A DNA stretch of 64,000 bases, from the NCBI GenBank assembly GCA_963761055.1, contig CAVXFO010000007.1, forward strand, positions 425,075 to 489,074. The letters are read 5' to 3'. The stretch is from an uncultured Actinomycetes bacterium. GTDB lineage: Bacteria; Actinomycetota; Acidimicrobiia; IMCC26256; PALSA-610. Both the position numbers and the translations under genes were made by a program. The notes under the pieces are model-generated. The model saw only the letters and a program-made list of their open reading frames with translations. It did not search any database and was not told where the DNA came from. Positions 1-9,427 of the stretch are shown in pieces; the first letter of the stretch is position 1, and the number at the start of each line of letters is the position of its first letter.

Positions 1-2
1 TC

Positions 3-1076
3 GTGGGCGGCGGGAACGTCGCCTTCGACGCGGCCCGCACCGCGCTGCGCGCGGATGCCGCCGGAACCACGCCACCCGCGCCGGTCGCGCTCGGACCGAG
101 CTCCGACGAAGACGCCCGCCGCGCGATGACCACCACCCTCGACGTGGCCCGCGCCGCGCGCCGCGCCGGTGTGGTCGAGGTCACGATCGTCGCGCTCGAA
201 TCGCCCGACGAGATCCCGGCCGATCCCGAGGAGATCGACGAAGCCGAACGGGAGGGCATCCGCATCGTCTACCGGCGCGGCCCCCATCGCTTCGTCGGCG
301 ACGCCGGCCGCGTCACCGGTCTCGAAACCGTTGCCGTCACTTCGGTCTTCGACGCCGACGGCCGTTTTGCGCCGACCTTCGCGGCCGGCACCGAAGAGGT
401 CATCGCGGCCGACACGGTCATCCTGGCGGTCGGCCAGGCCGCCGACATCGGCTTCCTCGACTCCGCGCTCATGCTCGAACGCGCCGGACCAGGTGTGAAG
501 ATCGACGCGGCGACCCTCCGCACTTCCGATCCGCGGGTCTGGGCCGGCGGCGACGTCGCGCGCGGCCCGCGCAACCTGATCGACGCGATCGCCGACGGTC
601 GACGCGCCGCGGCGTCGATCCATCGATCCCTCACCGGCCTCGCCGATCCCGCGCCGGTCGTAACCCACGAGATCCGCGTCGAGCTCCGGCCGGGCTTTCG
701 CCGGCTCGACAGCGACTACGACGCGATCCCCCGTCAGGCCATCCCCGCGACCCCCGCGGAACGCCGGGTCGGCTTCGGCGAGGTCGAGACCGGCTACGAC
801 GAGCAGCAGGCGCGACTCGAGGGGCTGCGCTGCCTCCGCTGCTTCGACAACATCGTGTTGTCACCCGAGCTGTGCATCTTGTGCGGCCTGTGCGTCGACG
901 TCTGCCCGCCCGACTGCATCACCATCGCACGCGCCGACCACGTCGGGCTCGGCACCGAACAGCAGTCGGTGCTGCTCCTCGACGAGGACCTCTGCATCCG
1001 CTGCGGGCTGTGCGTCAATCGTTGCCCTCCGGGCGCGCTGTCGATGGTTCACGCGAGGGAGCTCACGCATGGTTGA
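3..1076 (+). CDS. NAD(P)H/FAD oxidoreductase of the GltD/NfnB/SudA type with a C-terminal 2x[4Fe-4S] ferredoxin domain; 5' end cut by the window edge
   Basis: The ORF is open to the window edge. It carries the C-terminal flavoprotein signature ([28 protein letters not shown]). Two CxxCxxCxxxCP motifs follow ([24 protein letters not shown]). Its stop overlaps the next gene's ATG by 8 nt. Confidence 0.8.
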   Translation: MGGGNVAFDAARTALRADAAGTTPPAPVALGPSSDEDARRAMTTTLDVARAARRAGVVEVTIVALESPDEIPADPEEIDEAEREGIRIVYRRGPHRFVGDAGRVTGLETVAVTSVFDADGRFAPTFAAGTEEVIAADTVILAVGQAADIGFLDSALMLERAGPGVKIDAATLRTSDPRVWAGGDVARGPRNLIDAIADGRRAAASIHRSLTGLADPAPVVTHEIRVELRPGFRRLDSDYDAIPRQAIPATPAERRVGFGEVETGYDEQQARLEGLRCLRCFDNIVLSPELCILCGLCVDVCPPDCITIARADHVGLGTEQQSVLLLDEDLCIRCGLCVNRCPPGALSMVHARELTHG

Positions 1077-2439
1077 CGTCGACAACCGGGACCTCGAGCC
1101 GGGCCGGACCTCGGTCGATCACGGCATCACCGCGCGGGTCAAACGCAGCGACCCCTGGCGCTCGATGTTCCGGCACGCGCAGACCGATACACCGCGTGGA
1201 CGCGCCCTCCAGTCGTTCAGCAACGTCTTCCTGCACGTCTACCCGGTCAAGATCCCCAAGCGGGTACTGAATCTGCGCTACTCGCTCCGGCTCGGATTCA
1301 TCGCAGTAGTGCTGTTCGCGATCCTGCTGATCACCGGCGTCTATCTGATGTTCGTCTACACGCCGTCGGTCGGCTCCGCCTACGGCGACATGCAGAACCT
1401 GAAGACGGGCGTGGGCTTCGGTCAACTGATTCGCAACGTGCACCGCTGGGCCGCGCACCTGATGGTGCTCGTCGTCGCACTCCATCTCGTGCGCGTCTTC
1501 TACACGGGCGCGTACAAGAAGCCGCGCGAGTTCAACTGGGTGATCGGCGTGATGCTCCTGCTGGTCACGCTCGGCTTCTCGTTCACGGGCTACCTCCTGC
1601 CCTGGGACCAGCTGTCGTACTGGGCCGTCACCGTCGGCACGAACCTCGTGCACTACGTCCCGCTCCTGGGCGGACGGCTGCAGGACCTGCTGATCGGCGG
1701 CCCGCAAGTCGGCCAGAGCACCCTCCTACGCTTCTACGCACTGCACGTCGCGGTGCTGCCGTCGCTGCTCGCGCTGATGCTGACGGTGCACATCTGGCGG
1801 GTGCGCAAGGACGGCTTCGCGGTCGAGCGCAGCAGCGTCGGCGCGTTCGCCGAGGAGGGCACCGACCGTACTTCGGGCGAGCCCACCAACGCCGCGCTTC
1901 CCGCACCTGCGGCGGCCGCGATGGCGAAGGCCACACCTGATCTGTACGGCGGGCGCGTGCGCCTGCTCGGCGTCGTGGATCGCGAGTCGGTGACCGAGGC
2001 GGCCCGCCCCGTCGACGACACCGTGTTCACGTGGCCGCATCTGCTCGTGCGCCACGTCGTGGTCGCGCTCGGCACGGCCGCGGTCGTCCTCGGTCTCGCG
2101 GTCTCGTTCAGTGCCCCGCTCCGGGGCCTCGCCAATCCCAACCTCACCCCCGAGCCCGCCAAGGCGCCGTGGTACTTCGCCGGACTCCAGGAACTGCTCT
2201 CGCGGTTCGATCCCCTGATCGCGGGCATCCTCGTACCGGGCGGCGCGGTGCTCGTCCTGTTGTTGCTTCCGTACATCGATCGCAATCCCGACACGCGTGC
2301 GAGCCATCGCAAGGTCGCGATCACGTTGTTCAGTGTGTTGCTCGCGATCGCCGTGATCCTCACTGTCGTCGGCACGTTCTTCCGTGGACCCGGCTGGAAG
2401 TTCATTGCGCCGTGGACCCACTCGTACATCGAGTTCTAG
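1069..2439 (+). CDS. cytochrome b (fused b6-like N-terminal part plus subunit-IV-like C-terminal part)
   Basis: 456-aa polytopic protein. Cytochrome b motifs are present ([60 protein letters not shown]). The C-terminal part has [17 protein letters not shown]. The ATG at 1069 overlaps the upstream stop. Confidence 0.9.
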   Translation: MVDVDNRDLEPGRTSVDHGITARVKRSDPWRSMFRHAQTDTPRGRALQSFSNVFLHVYPVKIPKRVLNLRYSLRLGFIAVVLFAILLITGVYLMFVYTPSVGSAYGDMQNLKTGVGFGQLIRNVHRWAAHLMVLVVALHLVRVFYTGAYKKPREFNWVIGVMLLLVTLGFSFTGYLLPWDQLSYWAVTVGTNLVHYVPLLGGRLQDLLIGGPQVGQSTLLRFYALHVAVLPSLLALMLTVHIWRVRKDGFAVERSSVGAFAEEGTDRTSGEPTNAALPAPAAAAMAKATPDLYGGRVRLLGVVDRESVTEAARPVDDTVFTWPHLLVRHVVVALGTAAVVLGLAVSFSAPLRGLANPNLTPEPAKAPWYFAGLQELLSRFDPLIAGILVPGGAVLVLLLLPYIDRNPDTRASHRKVAITLFSVLLAIAVILTVVGTFFRGPGWKFIAPWTHSYIEF

Positions 2440-2448
2440 GAGACGGAC

Positions 2449-2946
2449 ATGGCAGATACGAGTCGACGCGACTTCCTTCGTGGGGGCTGGAAGCTCGGGG
2501 GCGCGCTGTTGATCGGCGCGGCCGGCTACACCGGTTACGAGGCATTGCGACCGCTCGCGAGCGGCGCCACCGGAGCCAAGCTGACGGTCGGGAAGGTCTC
2601 GAGCTTCGCGGCGGAGACGAGCACCTACGTCCCGGCCGGACGCATGTATGTCGTCAACACGCAGAGCTATCTCTTCGCGCTTTCGCAGAAGTGTCCGCAC
2701 CTCGGATGTCACGTTCCCTACTGCGAGAGCTCGGGGCGGTTCGAGTGCCCGTGCCACGGCTCCATCTACGACCTCGCCGGGGAGTACATCGCGGGTCCGG
2801 CGCCGCGCGGTATGGACCGCTACAACGTGAAGCTCGACGGCGACACGGTCGTCGTCGATACCGGTGTCCTCGAGACCGGCCCGAACCGGGGCGTCAAGAA
2901 TTTCCTCACGCCGCCCAAGGGTCCCGGCTGCATCGGTAAGGCCTGA
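2449..2946 (+). CDS. Rieske [2Fe-2S] protein, small Tat-exported type
   Basis: Twin-arginine motif SRRDFLRGG followed by a hydrophobic helix. Rieske boxes CPHLGCHV and CPCHGS. Starts 9 nt after the cytochrome b stop. Confidence 0.9.
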   Translation: MADTSRRDFLRGGWKLGGALLIGAAGYTGYEALRPLASGATGAKLTVGKVSSFAAETSTYVPAGRMYVVNTQSYLFALSQKCPHLGCHVPYCESSGRFECPCHGSIYDLAGEYIAGPAPRGMDRYNVKLDGDTVVVDTGVLETGPNRGVKNFLTPPKGPGCIGKA

Positions 2947-2947
2947 C

Positions 2948-3430
2948 ATGCCGCGCGAGCGTCCGCAACCGCCGCCGTTCGAGCCGGAGTGGCTCGACCG
3001 CAGCCTGAACCGTTACCTCGCGTGGGGTCTCGTCTTCATGGTCCTTCTGCTGGCCGGTTTCATTACCTACCGGGCCCGTGAGCCCGGTCTCCGGCGCGAC
3101 GCCAAGCGGGCGCAGACCACGAGCTACACGTCGATCGGGGCGCAGATCTTCGCGACGAGCTGTGCGCAGTGTCACGGGAAGAACGCGACCGGCGGCGGCA
3201 GCGCGCCGACGTTGAACTCGAGCCAATTCCTCAAGAACACGGCCGACAACCAGATCTTCGCGCTCGTGTCCGGTGGTGTGTCCGGCACCGCAATGCCCGC
3301 GTGGAACCTCGACTACGGAGGAACTTTCACCGACGAGCAGGTCCGTCAGGTCGTCACGTATCTGCGCTCGCTGGAACCGAACGCGCCGAGCATCCCCGGG
3401 TGGCGACAGGCCGCGCCGGCAAAGCCGTAG
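2948..3430 (+). CDS. membrane-anchored monohaem c-type cytochrome
   Basis: Internal ATG of ORF 2864..3430, placed 1 nt after the Rieske stop. N-terminal helix LAWGLVFMVLLLAGFITY. Single CAQCH haem motif and a distal Met region (GTAMPAW). Confidence 0.85.
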   Translation: MPRERPQPPPFEPEWLDRSLNRYLAWGLVFMVLLLAGFITYRAREPGLRRDAKRAQTTSYTSIGAQIFATSCAQCHGKNATGGGSAPTLNSSQFLKNTADNQIFALVSGGVSGTAMPAWNLDYGGTFTDEQVRQVVTYLRSLEPNAPSIPGWRQAAPAKP

Positions 3431-3437
3431 AGGTCGA

Positions 3438-4466
3438 TCACCAACGCTGGCGGGCTTCCTCCGCGAAACCCTGCAACGCGCGGAACTCGTACCGGCCGCC
3501 GTCGTCGGTGGTGACGCTCCCGGCCCAGCTGCCGAACATCTGATGCACCTCGCTGCCGGCAGCGTCCCCACCGGTGACCGTGTGCTTGTCGAATCTCGGT
3601 GTGAGCACGAGCTGCAGTTGGCCGCCGGGGTCGTCGACGCGCCACGGCTGCATCGGATGGTCCCAGTCGTAGTCCCACTGGAGCTCGCGGCCAAGCTTGG
3701 TGAGGCGGCCGTCGACGAGGAACCCGTTCTCGGTGAAGCCGGTCCCCTCGGTCCACTTGCCGCCGATCTGTAGGCCGATGACGTGGTCGCCGGACCGGCC
3801 CGCGCCGCCGCCCCAGTTCCACGTGATCTCCGACGGCCAGCGCCCGCGCCCGACGTCGAGCACGCCCCACGCGCCGTCCTCGGCGTTCGTGCCGATCGGC
3901 CGGGTGCGGTCGCCCACGACAAGTCGGCCGGCGGCCGGGCGGGCCTGGTGCTTCGACGTGAAGTTGAACACGTCGTCGCTCCACGGGATCACGACGTTGA
4001 GTGACTCGTGCCCGGGTGGTTGGAAGACCGTGACGTCGAGGCGCCCGGCGCGCCCGTCGCGTTCCGTCCACGCACCCCGGATGTGGGTGCCGGTCGCGTC
4101 GTCGTTCAGTGCCAACTCGAATCCGTCGCGCGCGACGTGCAGCGGTTCGGTGCCGGGCCGGTCGGGCAAGTGCATACCCTCGGCCCTCGGAACGACGATG
4201 CCGTTACCACCGGTCTCGCCCGTGACGAGGTCGGCCCAATACACGTCGGCCAGACCCACGTAGTCGACGTCGGAATACACGCACGACACCACGAGGTCGC
4301 CCGCGAGCACCGCCCAGTAGTCCCAGCGCTTGTTGCGACCCCACTCGCCTCCGAGGTTGGCGCGGTGCAGCGGCCGACGAGACCAACCGCGCGCGTTCGG
4401 GGCCAGCGCGCCCCCATCGGGCGTACACAGATCGACCGGCTCGGTCAGCTCCCGTTCGTGGGTCAT
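3438..4466 (-). CDS. DUF2804-like hypothetical protein
   Basis: Start taken at internal ATG 4466 (MTHERELTEPVDL...). The upstream part of ORF 3438..4907 is Arg/Ser/Ala-rich and looks non-coding. The family call is from remembered motifs (RWDYWAV, DVDYVGLADVYW) and was not searched. Confidence 0.6.
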   Translation of the reverse strand: MTHERELTEPVDLCTPDGGALAPNARGWSRRPLHRANLGGEWGRNKRWDYWAVLAGDLVVSCVYSDVDYVGLADVYWADLVTGETGGNGIVVPRAEGMHLPDRPGTEPLHVARDGFELALNDDATGTHIRGAWTERDGRAGRLDVTVFQPPGHESLNVVIPWSDDVFNFTSKHQARPAAGRLVVGDRTRPIGTNAEDGAWGVLDVGRGRWPSEITWNWGGGAGRSGDHVIGLQIGGKWTEGTGFTENGFLVDGRLTKLGRELQWDYDWDHPMQPWRVDDPGGQLQLVLTPRFDKHTVTGGDAAGSEVHQMFGSWAGSVTTDDGGRYEFRALQGFAEEARQRW

Positions 4467-5364
4467 GAAGAACTGTCTACTCGGAGCGGTACGGTGCGCG
4501 GCAGTGGATGCGATCCTGCGCAAGGCACTCGAACGCAGCCTCGGCGTCGGCATCGTGGCCGGGACGCCGGTGCGCGGGGGCGACGTCGCGGTGTCGTACG
4601 CGGTCGACCTCGACGACGGACGGCGCGTGTTCGCCAAGACGCACACGGCCGCACCGCCCGGCTTCTTCACGACGGAGGCCGCCGGGCTCGAATGGCTGCG
4701 AGCGGCTGCGGCGGTCCCGGTTCCCGAGGTACTCGCCGTCTCCGACGATGTGCCCAACCACCTCGTGCTGGAATGGATCACCGAGGGCCCGCCGGACCGC
4801 GAGACGGATCTGGCTCTCGGTACTGCGCTCGCACGCCTGCACCGGGCCGGCGCGCCCAGCTTCGGCCGCGAAGACCGGCGCACCACCGGGAGTCGCGGCC
4901 TTCCCAACGAGCCGTGCGCGACCTGGTCCGAGTTCTACGCGACCAACCGGCTACTGCCGCTCGCCAAGCTCGCGCGTGAATCCGGTGCCCTCCGCCGACC
5001 GGCGAGCGCCGCGCTCGAGGTACTCGCGGGCCGGCTCGAGAAATTCGGCGGCGCCCCCGAACCGCCGGCCCGACTGCACGGCGATCTCTGGGCCGGCAAC
5101 CGGCTCGTCGACCGCGACGCGAGGAGCTGGTTGATCGACCCGGCCGCGCACGGTGGGCATCGCGAGTTCGACCTCGCCATGATGCGCCTGTTCGGCGGAT
5201 TCGGAGCCGACTGCTTCGCCGCGTACGCCGACGCCTTCCCGCTCGCCGACGGTTGGGAGGGCCGCGTCGCCCTCCACCAGATCGCGCCTCTCGTCGTGCA
5301 CGCGATCAAGTTCGGTGGTGGCTACGTCGGCGCGGCCACGAACGCGATCAACCAGTACCGGTGA
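4465..5364 (+). CDS. fructosamine kinase family protein
   Basis: Motifs HGDLWAGN, IDPAAHGGHREFDLAMMRLFGGF. Start taken at ATG 4465 (MKNCLLG...); a later start is possible. Confidence 0.8.
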   Translation: MKNCLLGAVRCAAVDAILRKALERSLGVGIVAGTPVRGGDVAVSYAVDLDDGRRVFAKTHTAAPPGFFTTEAAGLEWLRAAAAVPVPEVLAVSDDVPNHLVLEWITEGPPDRETDLALGTALARLHRAGAPSFGREDRRTTGSRGLPNEPCATWSEFYATNRLLPLAKLARESGALRRPASAALEVLAGRLEKFGGAPEPPARLHGDLWAGNRLVDRDARSWLIDPAAHGGHREFDLAMMRLFGGFGADCFAAYADAFPLADGWEGRVALHQIAPLVVHAIKFGGGYVGAATNAINQYR

Positions 5365-7164
5365 CGGCACCGGCGCGGAACTCGAGGCCCTCGAAGTTGC
5401 CGGAGTTGCGCCACGTGTCGATGTATTCGAAGTACGCGACCGGGCCGAGCGGGTAGCCGGCCATGCCGAAGCGGGCTCGCGAGTTCAGCGGCTGGCCCTC
5501 GTTGTTGTAGTAGCCCGGGGTGCAGTCGGCATTACCGAAGAACGACAGCGGGCTGCTCTCGAGCAGATCCATCCACGCCTGCTCGGCATCGGCCGTGACC
5601 TCGACCTCGTCGGCACCCGTGTCGAGCGCATGCCGCACGACCGCTGCGATGGTGACGCCCGAATCGGCGAGGTTCGACGTGATGTTCGAGATCAGGTTGG
5701 CGCCCTGCGCGAAGCCGACGATGAAGAGATTCGGGAACCCGTGCACATGGATGCCGTGCATCGACTGCATGCCGTCGTGCCAGCACTTCGAGAGCCGGTA
5801 GCCGTCACGTCCGATGGTGTCGTAACCCGAGCGGCGGTCGTAGTCGGTACCGACCTCGAAGCCGGAGGCGAAGACCAAGCAGTCGAGGTCGTAGTGCACG
5901 CCCCCGACCCGACGCGCCCGTCGCGTCGATCCGTTCGACGCCCTTTCCGTCGGTGTCGACGAGGTGGCAGTTCGGCTCGTTGTACGCCTGCAGGTACTCG
6001 TCGTGGAAGCACGGCCGCTTGCAGAGTTGGCGGTACCACGCCTTCAGCTTCTCGGCGGTCGCGTCGTCGGCGACGACCGCGTTGCAGCGAGCGCGGATCT
6101 CGTCCATCTTCTCGTCGTCGCTCTCGAGGAATGCAAGCTCGGCGACCTCGGGCGTGAACTCCGCGCCGGCCGAGATCTTCTCGACGATCCGGTCGCGGAT
6201 GCGTTGCGAGATGTCGGTCCAGCCGTCCTTGACGAGGTCTTCGTCGGCGAAGCCGCCGGTCTGGAGGGTCGCGAAGTTCAACAGCCATTGCTTCTGCCAG
6301 CCGCACTCCAGCGTCGCGAACCACTCGGGGTCGATCGGGTGGTTGTTACGGACGTCGACCGACGACGGCGTGCGTTGGAACACATACAGCTCGCGCGCGT
6401 CGCGAGCGAGGGGCGGGATGCACTGCACCGCGGTCGCGCCGGTGCCGACGATTCCGACGCGCTTGTCGGCCAGGTTCGTCATCGGCGCGCCGGTCCAATC
6501 GCCGCCGGTGTACTCGTAGTCCCAGCGGCTCGTGTGAAAGGAGTGGCCGGCGAAGGTCTCGATCCCCGGGATGCCGGGCAGCTTGGGCTTGTTGAGCGGA
6601 CCCGTGCCCATGGCGACGAAGCGAGCCCGGAACGCGTCGCCGCGGTCGGTACGGATGATCCAGCGAGCCGCGGCCGCGTCCCAGTCGAGCTCCGTGACTA
6701 CGGTGGAGAACAGCGCCTTGTCGCGGCAAGTCGAACGTGTCGGCGATGCGCTTGCAGTGCCCGTAGATCTCGGGGGCCTTGACGTACTTCGCCGACGGCA
6801 TGTGGCCGGTCTCTTCGAGCAGCGGCAGATAGATCATGGCCGCGGTGTCGCACATCGCACCCGGGTACCGGTTCCAGTACCACGTACCGCCGAAGTCGCC
6901 GCCGACCTCGATGATCCGCACGTCGTCGATCCCCGCCTGCTTCAGGCGCGCGCCGACACACAACCCGGAGAAGCCGCCACCGATCAGCGCGACGGTGACC
7001 TCGTCGAAGAGTGGCTCGCGTTCGGTCCGCTCGGCGTAGGGATCGTCGAGCATCGAGGCGAAGCGGCCCGTCGGTTCGAGGTACTGGTCGTTGCCGTCGT
7101 GCCGCAGCCGCTTGTCGCGTTCCTCGCGGTACTTGACCCGCAGCGCGTCGTGATCCATCGTCAT
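5348..7164 (-). pseudogene. type I Baeyer-Villiger (flavin) monooxygenase, interrupted by two frameshifts as sequenced
   Basis: Three minus-strand ORF pieces join into one complete BVMO. Motifs are [34 protein letters not shown] and [13 protein letters not shown]. The junctions are FDL|[10 protein letters not shown] near 6725 and [12 protein letters not shown]|VHYDLDC near 5905. The second junction lies in a run of five G/C. Confidence 0.8.
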
Positions 7165-7566
7165 CTCGCCTCCGTCACCGCCGCGACCGGCGCACCCCAC
7201 CATGTGGTCGGCGCGCCCAAGATGTCGCGCCGAGGCAGACCATCGGCCGCCCCGAACGCTGTCCACCCGCGCGACCCGCACTGCGTCCGCGTACCGCGGT
7301 GCGAGCTCCGTGAATACCGCGCCACTGCCGTGCGCACGCAGCGCCTCGGCCGACGCGTAGGCCTCGTACAGCGTGCCCGTACCAGACGCGTCGTCGACGT
7401 ACCAGTCGTACACGACGGTGCCGGGCTCGTCGCGACCGACATCCACCATCGCGGCGGCCATCTCGCGGAAGCGCTCCGCGTCGAGGACCTCGAAGCGGAT
7501 CACGAACCGCACCCACTCGCCGTTGCGCACGAGGAGAAGGTAGCCGCGCGCTCGCCGCCGACGCAT
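7161..7566 (-). pseudogene. ABM (antibiotic-biosynthesis-monooxygenase)-like small protein, probably frameshifted; start uncertain (GTG 7512 or ATG 7566)
   Basis: The frame upstream of the BVMO start reads VRFVIRFEVLDAERFREMAAAMVDVGRDEPGTVVYDWYVDDASGTGTLYEAYASAEALRAHGSG, with no stop before the BVMO ATG. A neighbouring frame continues ...AFGAADGLP...AAVTEAR. That frame ends in a TGA overlapping the BVMO ATG (ATGA), which suggests an indel near 7260. Confidence 0.4.
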
Positions 7567-7626
7567 CGCCGCAGCACCCGGCCCGACGGCGTGGCGAGGT
7601 TCCCGGCCCACGAGTACCGTCTGGTC

Positions 7627-8595
7627 ATGCGCGACTTCGCGGGGCGGCGAGCAGTCGTCACGGGCGGCGGTTCGGGGATGGGTCGTGAACTGGTCCGCCA
7701 GCTCGCGGCCGAGGGATGCCACGTCGCGACCTGCGACGTCTCCGACGAGAGTCTCGCGGAGACCCGAGCGGTGGCCGAGCAGGACGCCTCGAGCGACACG
7801 CGTATCAGCACGTTCGTCGCCGACGTCACCGACGAGGCGCAATGGCAGGCCTTCCGTGAGCATGTCGCGACCGAACACGACACCGACTCCGTCAACCTGC
7901 TGTTCAACAACGCCGGCATCGGCGGCGGCGGAAGCTTCGTCACCGAAGCGCGCGAGCCGTGGGACGCGACATTCGCGGTGTGCTGGGGCGGCGTCTACCT
8001 CGGCTGCCGCACGTTCCTTCCGATGCTGATCGCCGCCGACGAGGCGCACATCGTCAACACCAGCAGCGTGAACGGGTTCTGGGCATCGCTCGGGCCGGGG
8101 ACGCCCCACACCGCCTACAGCGCGGCGAAGTTCGCGGTGAAGGGTTTCACCGAGGCGCTGGTCACCGATTTGCGACTGAACGCGCCTCACGTGAAGGCAT
8201 CGGTCGTCATGCCCGGCCACATCGGCACGGGCATCGTGCTCAACTCGTTGCGCTACTTCGGCCTCGACCCGAAGCACCTCGACGCCGAACAGCTCGCACA
8301 GATGCGGTCCCGGCTCGCCTCGCAAGGGATCGACGTGACGGGCGCGTCGGACGAAGACCTCGGCAACGGCATGCAACTCCAAGCCGAGATGTTCCGCGAC
8401 CTGGCGCCGACAACTGCCGCGCAGGCGTTCACCATCATCCTCGACGGCGTGCGCGCCGACCGGTGGCGCATCCTCGTCGGCGCCGACGCCGAGCAACTCG
8501 ACCGGTTGGTCCGCGAGACTCCCGAAGACGCCTACGAACCGTCGTTCATGGAACGGGTCCGCGCGCAGGGAATCTTCGGCGCGATCCCGCTGTAG
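7627..8595 (+). CDS. short-chain dehydrogenase/reductase (SDR)
   Basis: Internal ATG of ORF 6571..8595. Motifs TGGGSGMG, NNAGIGG, YSAAKFAVKG. Divergent from the ABM/BVMO genes. Confidence 0.85.
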   Translation: MRDFAGRRAVVTGGGSGMGRELVRQLAAEGCHVATCDVSDESLAETRAVAEQDASSDTRISTFVADVTDEAQWQAFREHVATEHDTDSVNLLFNNAGIGGGGSFVTEAREPWDATFAVCWGGVYLGCRTFLPMLIAADEAHIVNTSSVNGFWASLGPGTPHTAYSAAKFAVKGFTEALVTDLRLNAPHVKASVVMPGHIGTGIVLNSLRYFGLDPKHLDAEQLAQMRSRLASQGIDVTGASDEDLGNGMQLQAEMFRDLAPTTAAQAFTIILDGVRADRWRILVGADAEQLDRLVRETPEDAYEPSFMERVRAQGIFGAIPL

Positions 8596-8614
8596 CGCGT
8601 CGTTCGGACACGTC

Positions 8615-8691
8615 ACGACGCCGCTGAACACGACGCCGCTGAACACAACGCCGCTGAACACAACGCCGCTGAACACAACGCCGCTGAACAC
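8615..8691. repeat. 15-bp tandem repeat, 5 copies plus 2 nt (ACGACGCCGCTGAAC x2, ACAACGCCGCTGAAC x3)
   Basis: Read directly in the 131-nt spacer between the SDR stop (8595) and the DinB-like start (8727). Copies are head-to-tail with no spacers. Confidence 0.95.
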
Positions 8692-8726
8692 TTCCGGGAA
8701 GTCGATCGCGATGACAGACTGCGTCG

Positions 8727-9314
8727 GTGACACTCGATCCAAAGGCAGATCTGCACGAGTACCTGCAGTCGGGTCGCGCGGTAATGCTGTGGAAGCTCGA
8801 GGGGCTGTCCGAGTACGACATTCGCCGACCGTTGGTGCCGACAGGAACGAACTTGCTCGGTCTCGTCCGCCACGTTGCCAGTACCGAAACCGGTTACTTC
8901 GGGTCGGTGTTCGGCCGGCCGTTTCCGGAGCCGCTGCCGTGGATGGGGGTCGGCGAACCAAACGGCGACATGTGGGTGCGCTCCGGCGAGACCAAGGACA
9001 GCGTCGTCGAGTTCTGTCGGCGAGCTTGGGCTCACGCCGACGCGACGATCGATGTCCTTGCGCTGGAGGCCGTAGGTGAGGTGCCCTGGTGGCCGGCAGG
9101 CCGACGGCAACTCACGCTTCACCGCGCGCTGGTCCACGTGATCGTCGACATCTCTCGTCACGCCGGCCACGCCGACCTTCTTCGTGAACTGATCGACGGC
9201 TCGGTCGGCGCCGACCGCCGATGGTCCAACCTTCCGCCCGGCGACGAGGCTTGGTGGACCGGCTACCGCGACCGGGTCGAAGCCGCCGCCCGCAATGCAG
9301 GCGGCGTGACGTAG
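8727..9314 (+). CDS. DinB-family (DUF664-like) protein
   Basis: GTG start. Four-helix-bundle DinB-like pattern (LWKLEGLSEYDIRRP, LLGLVRHVASTE, ISRHAGHADLLRELIDG). Confidence 0.7.
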   Translation: MTLDPKADLHEYLQSGRAVMLWKLEGLSEYDIRRPLVPTGTNLLGLVRHVASTETGYFGSVFGRPFPEPLPWMGVGEPNGDMWVRSGETKDSVVEFCRRAWAHADATIDVLALEAVGEVPWWPAGRRQLTLHRALVHVIVDISRHAGHADLLRELIDGSVGADRRWSNLPPGDEAWWTGYRDRVEAAARNAGGVT

Positions 9315-9427
9315 CCGTCGTGCGCGGATCGCCGTTGTCTTCGTCGAACACACCCTCGACGAGGAACGCCGCCGGACCACGAATGATCCGACGGCGCCTC
9401 CGAATACCGTGACGGGAGCGAGCTACC

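Noticed and set aside
8615-8691. Tandem repeats (also 13484-13520 and 60758-60842) considered as CRISPR arrays
   Set aside because: Units are contiguous with no spacers, only 15-17 bp long and at most 5 copies. No cas genes are nearby.
8615-8691. Pentapeptide repeats (FSGVV x5, RRCVQ, CSAAL) as a coding repeat protein
   Set aside because: They appear only inside spurious minus-strand ORFs that are antisense to or overlap real genes. The region lies between a clear stop (8595) and a clear start (8727).
6346-8961. 871-aa minus-strand ORF, the longest in this region
   Set aside because: It is a composite. Only 7164 down to about 6725 (BVMO N-terminus) and roughly 7566-7260 (ABM-like) look like real protein. 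The part from 7600 to 8961 is antisense to the SDR and DinB-like genes, is Arg/Gly/Asp-rich, and reads through the 15-bp repeat.
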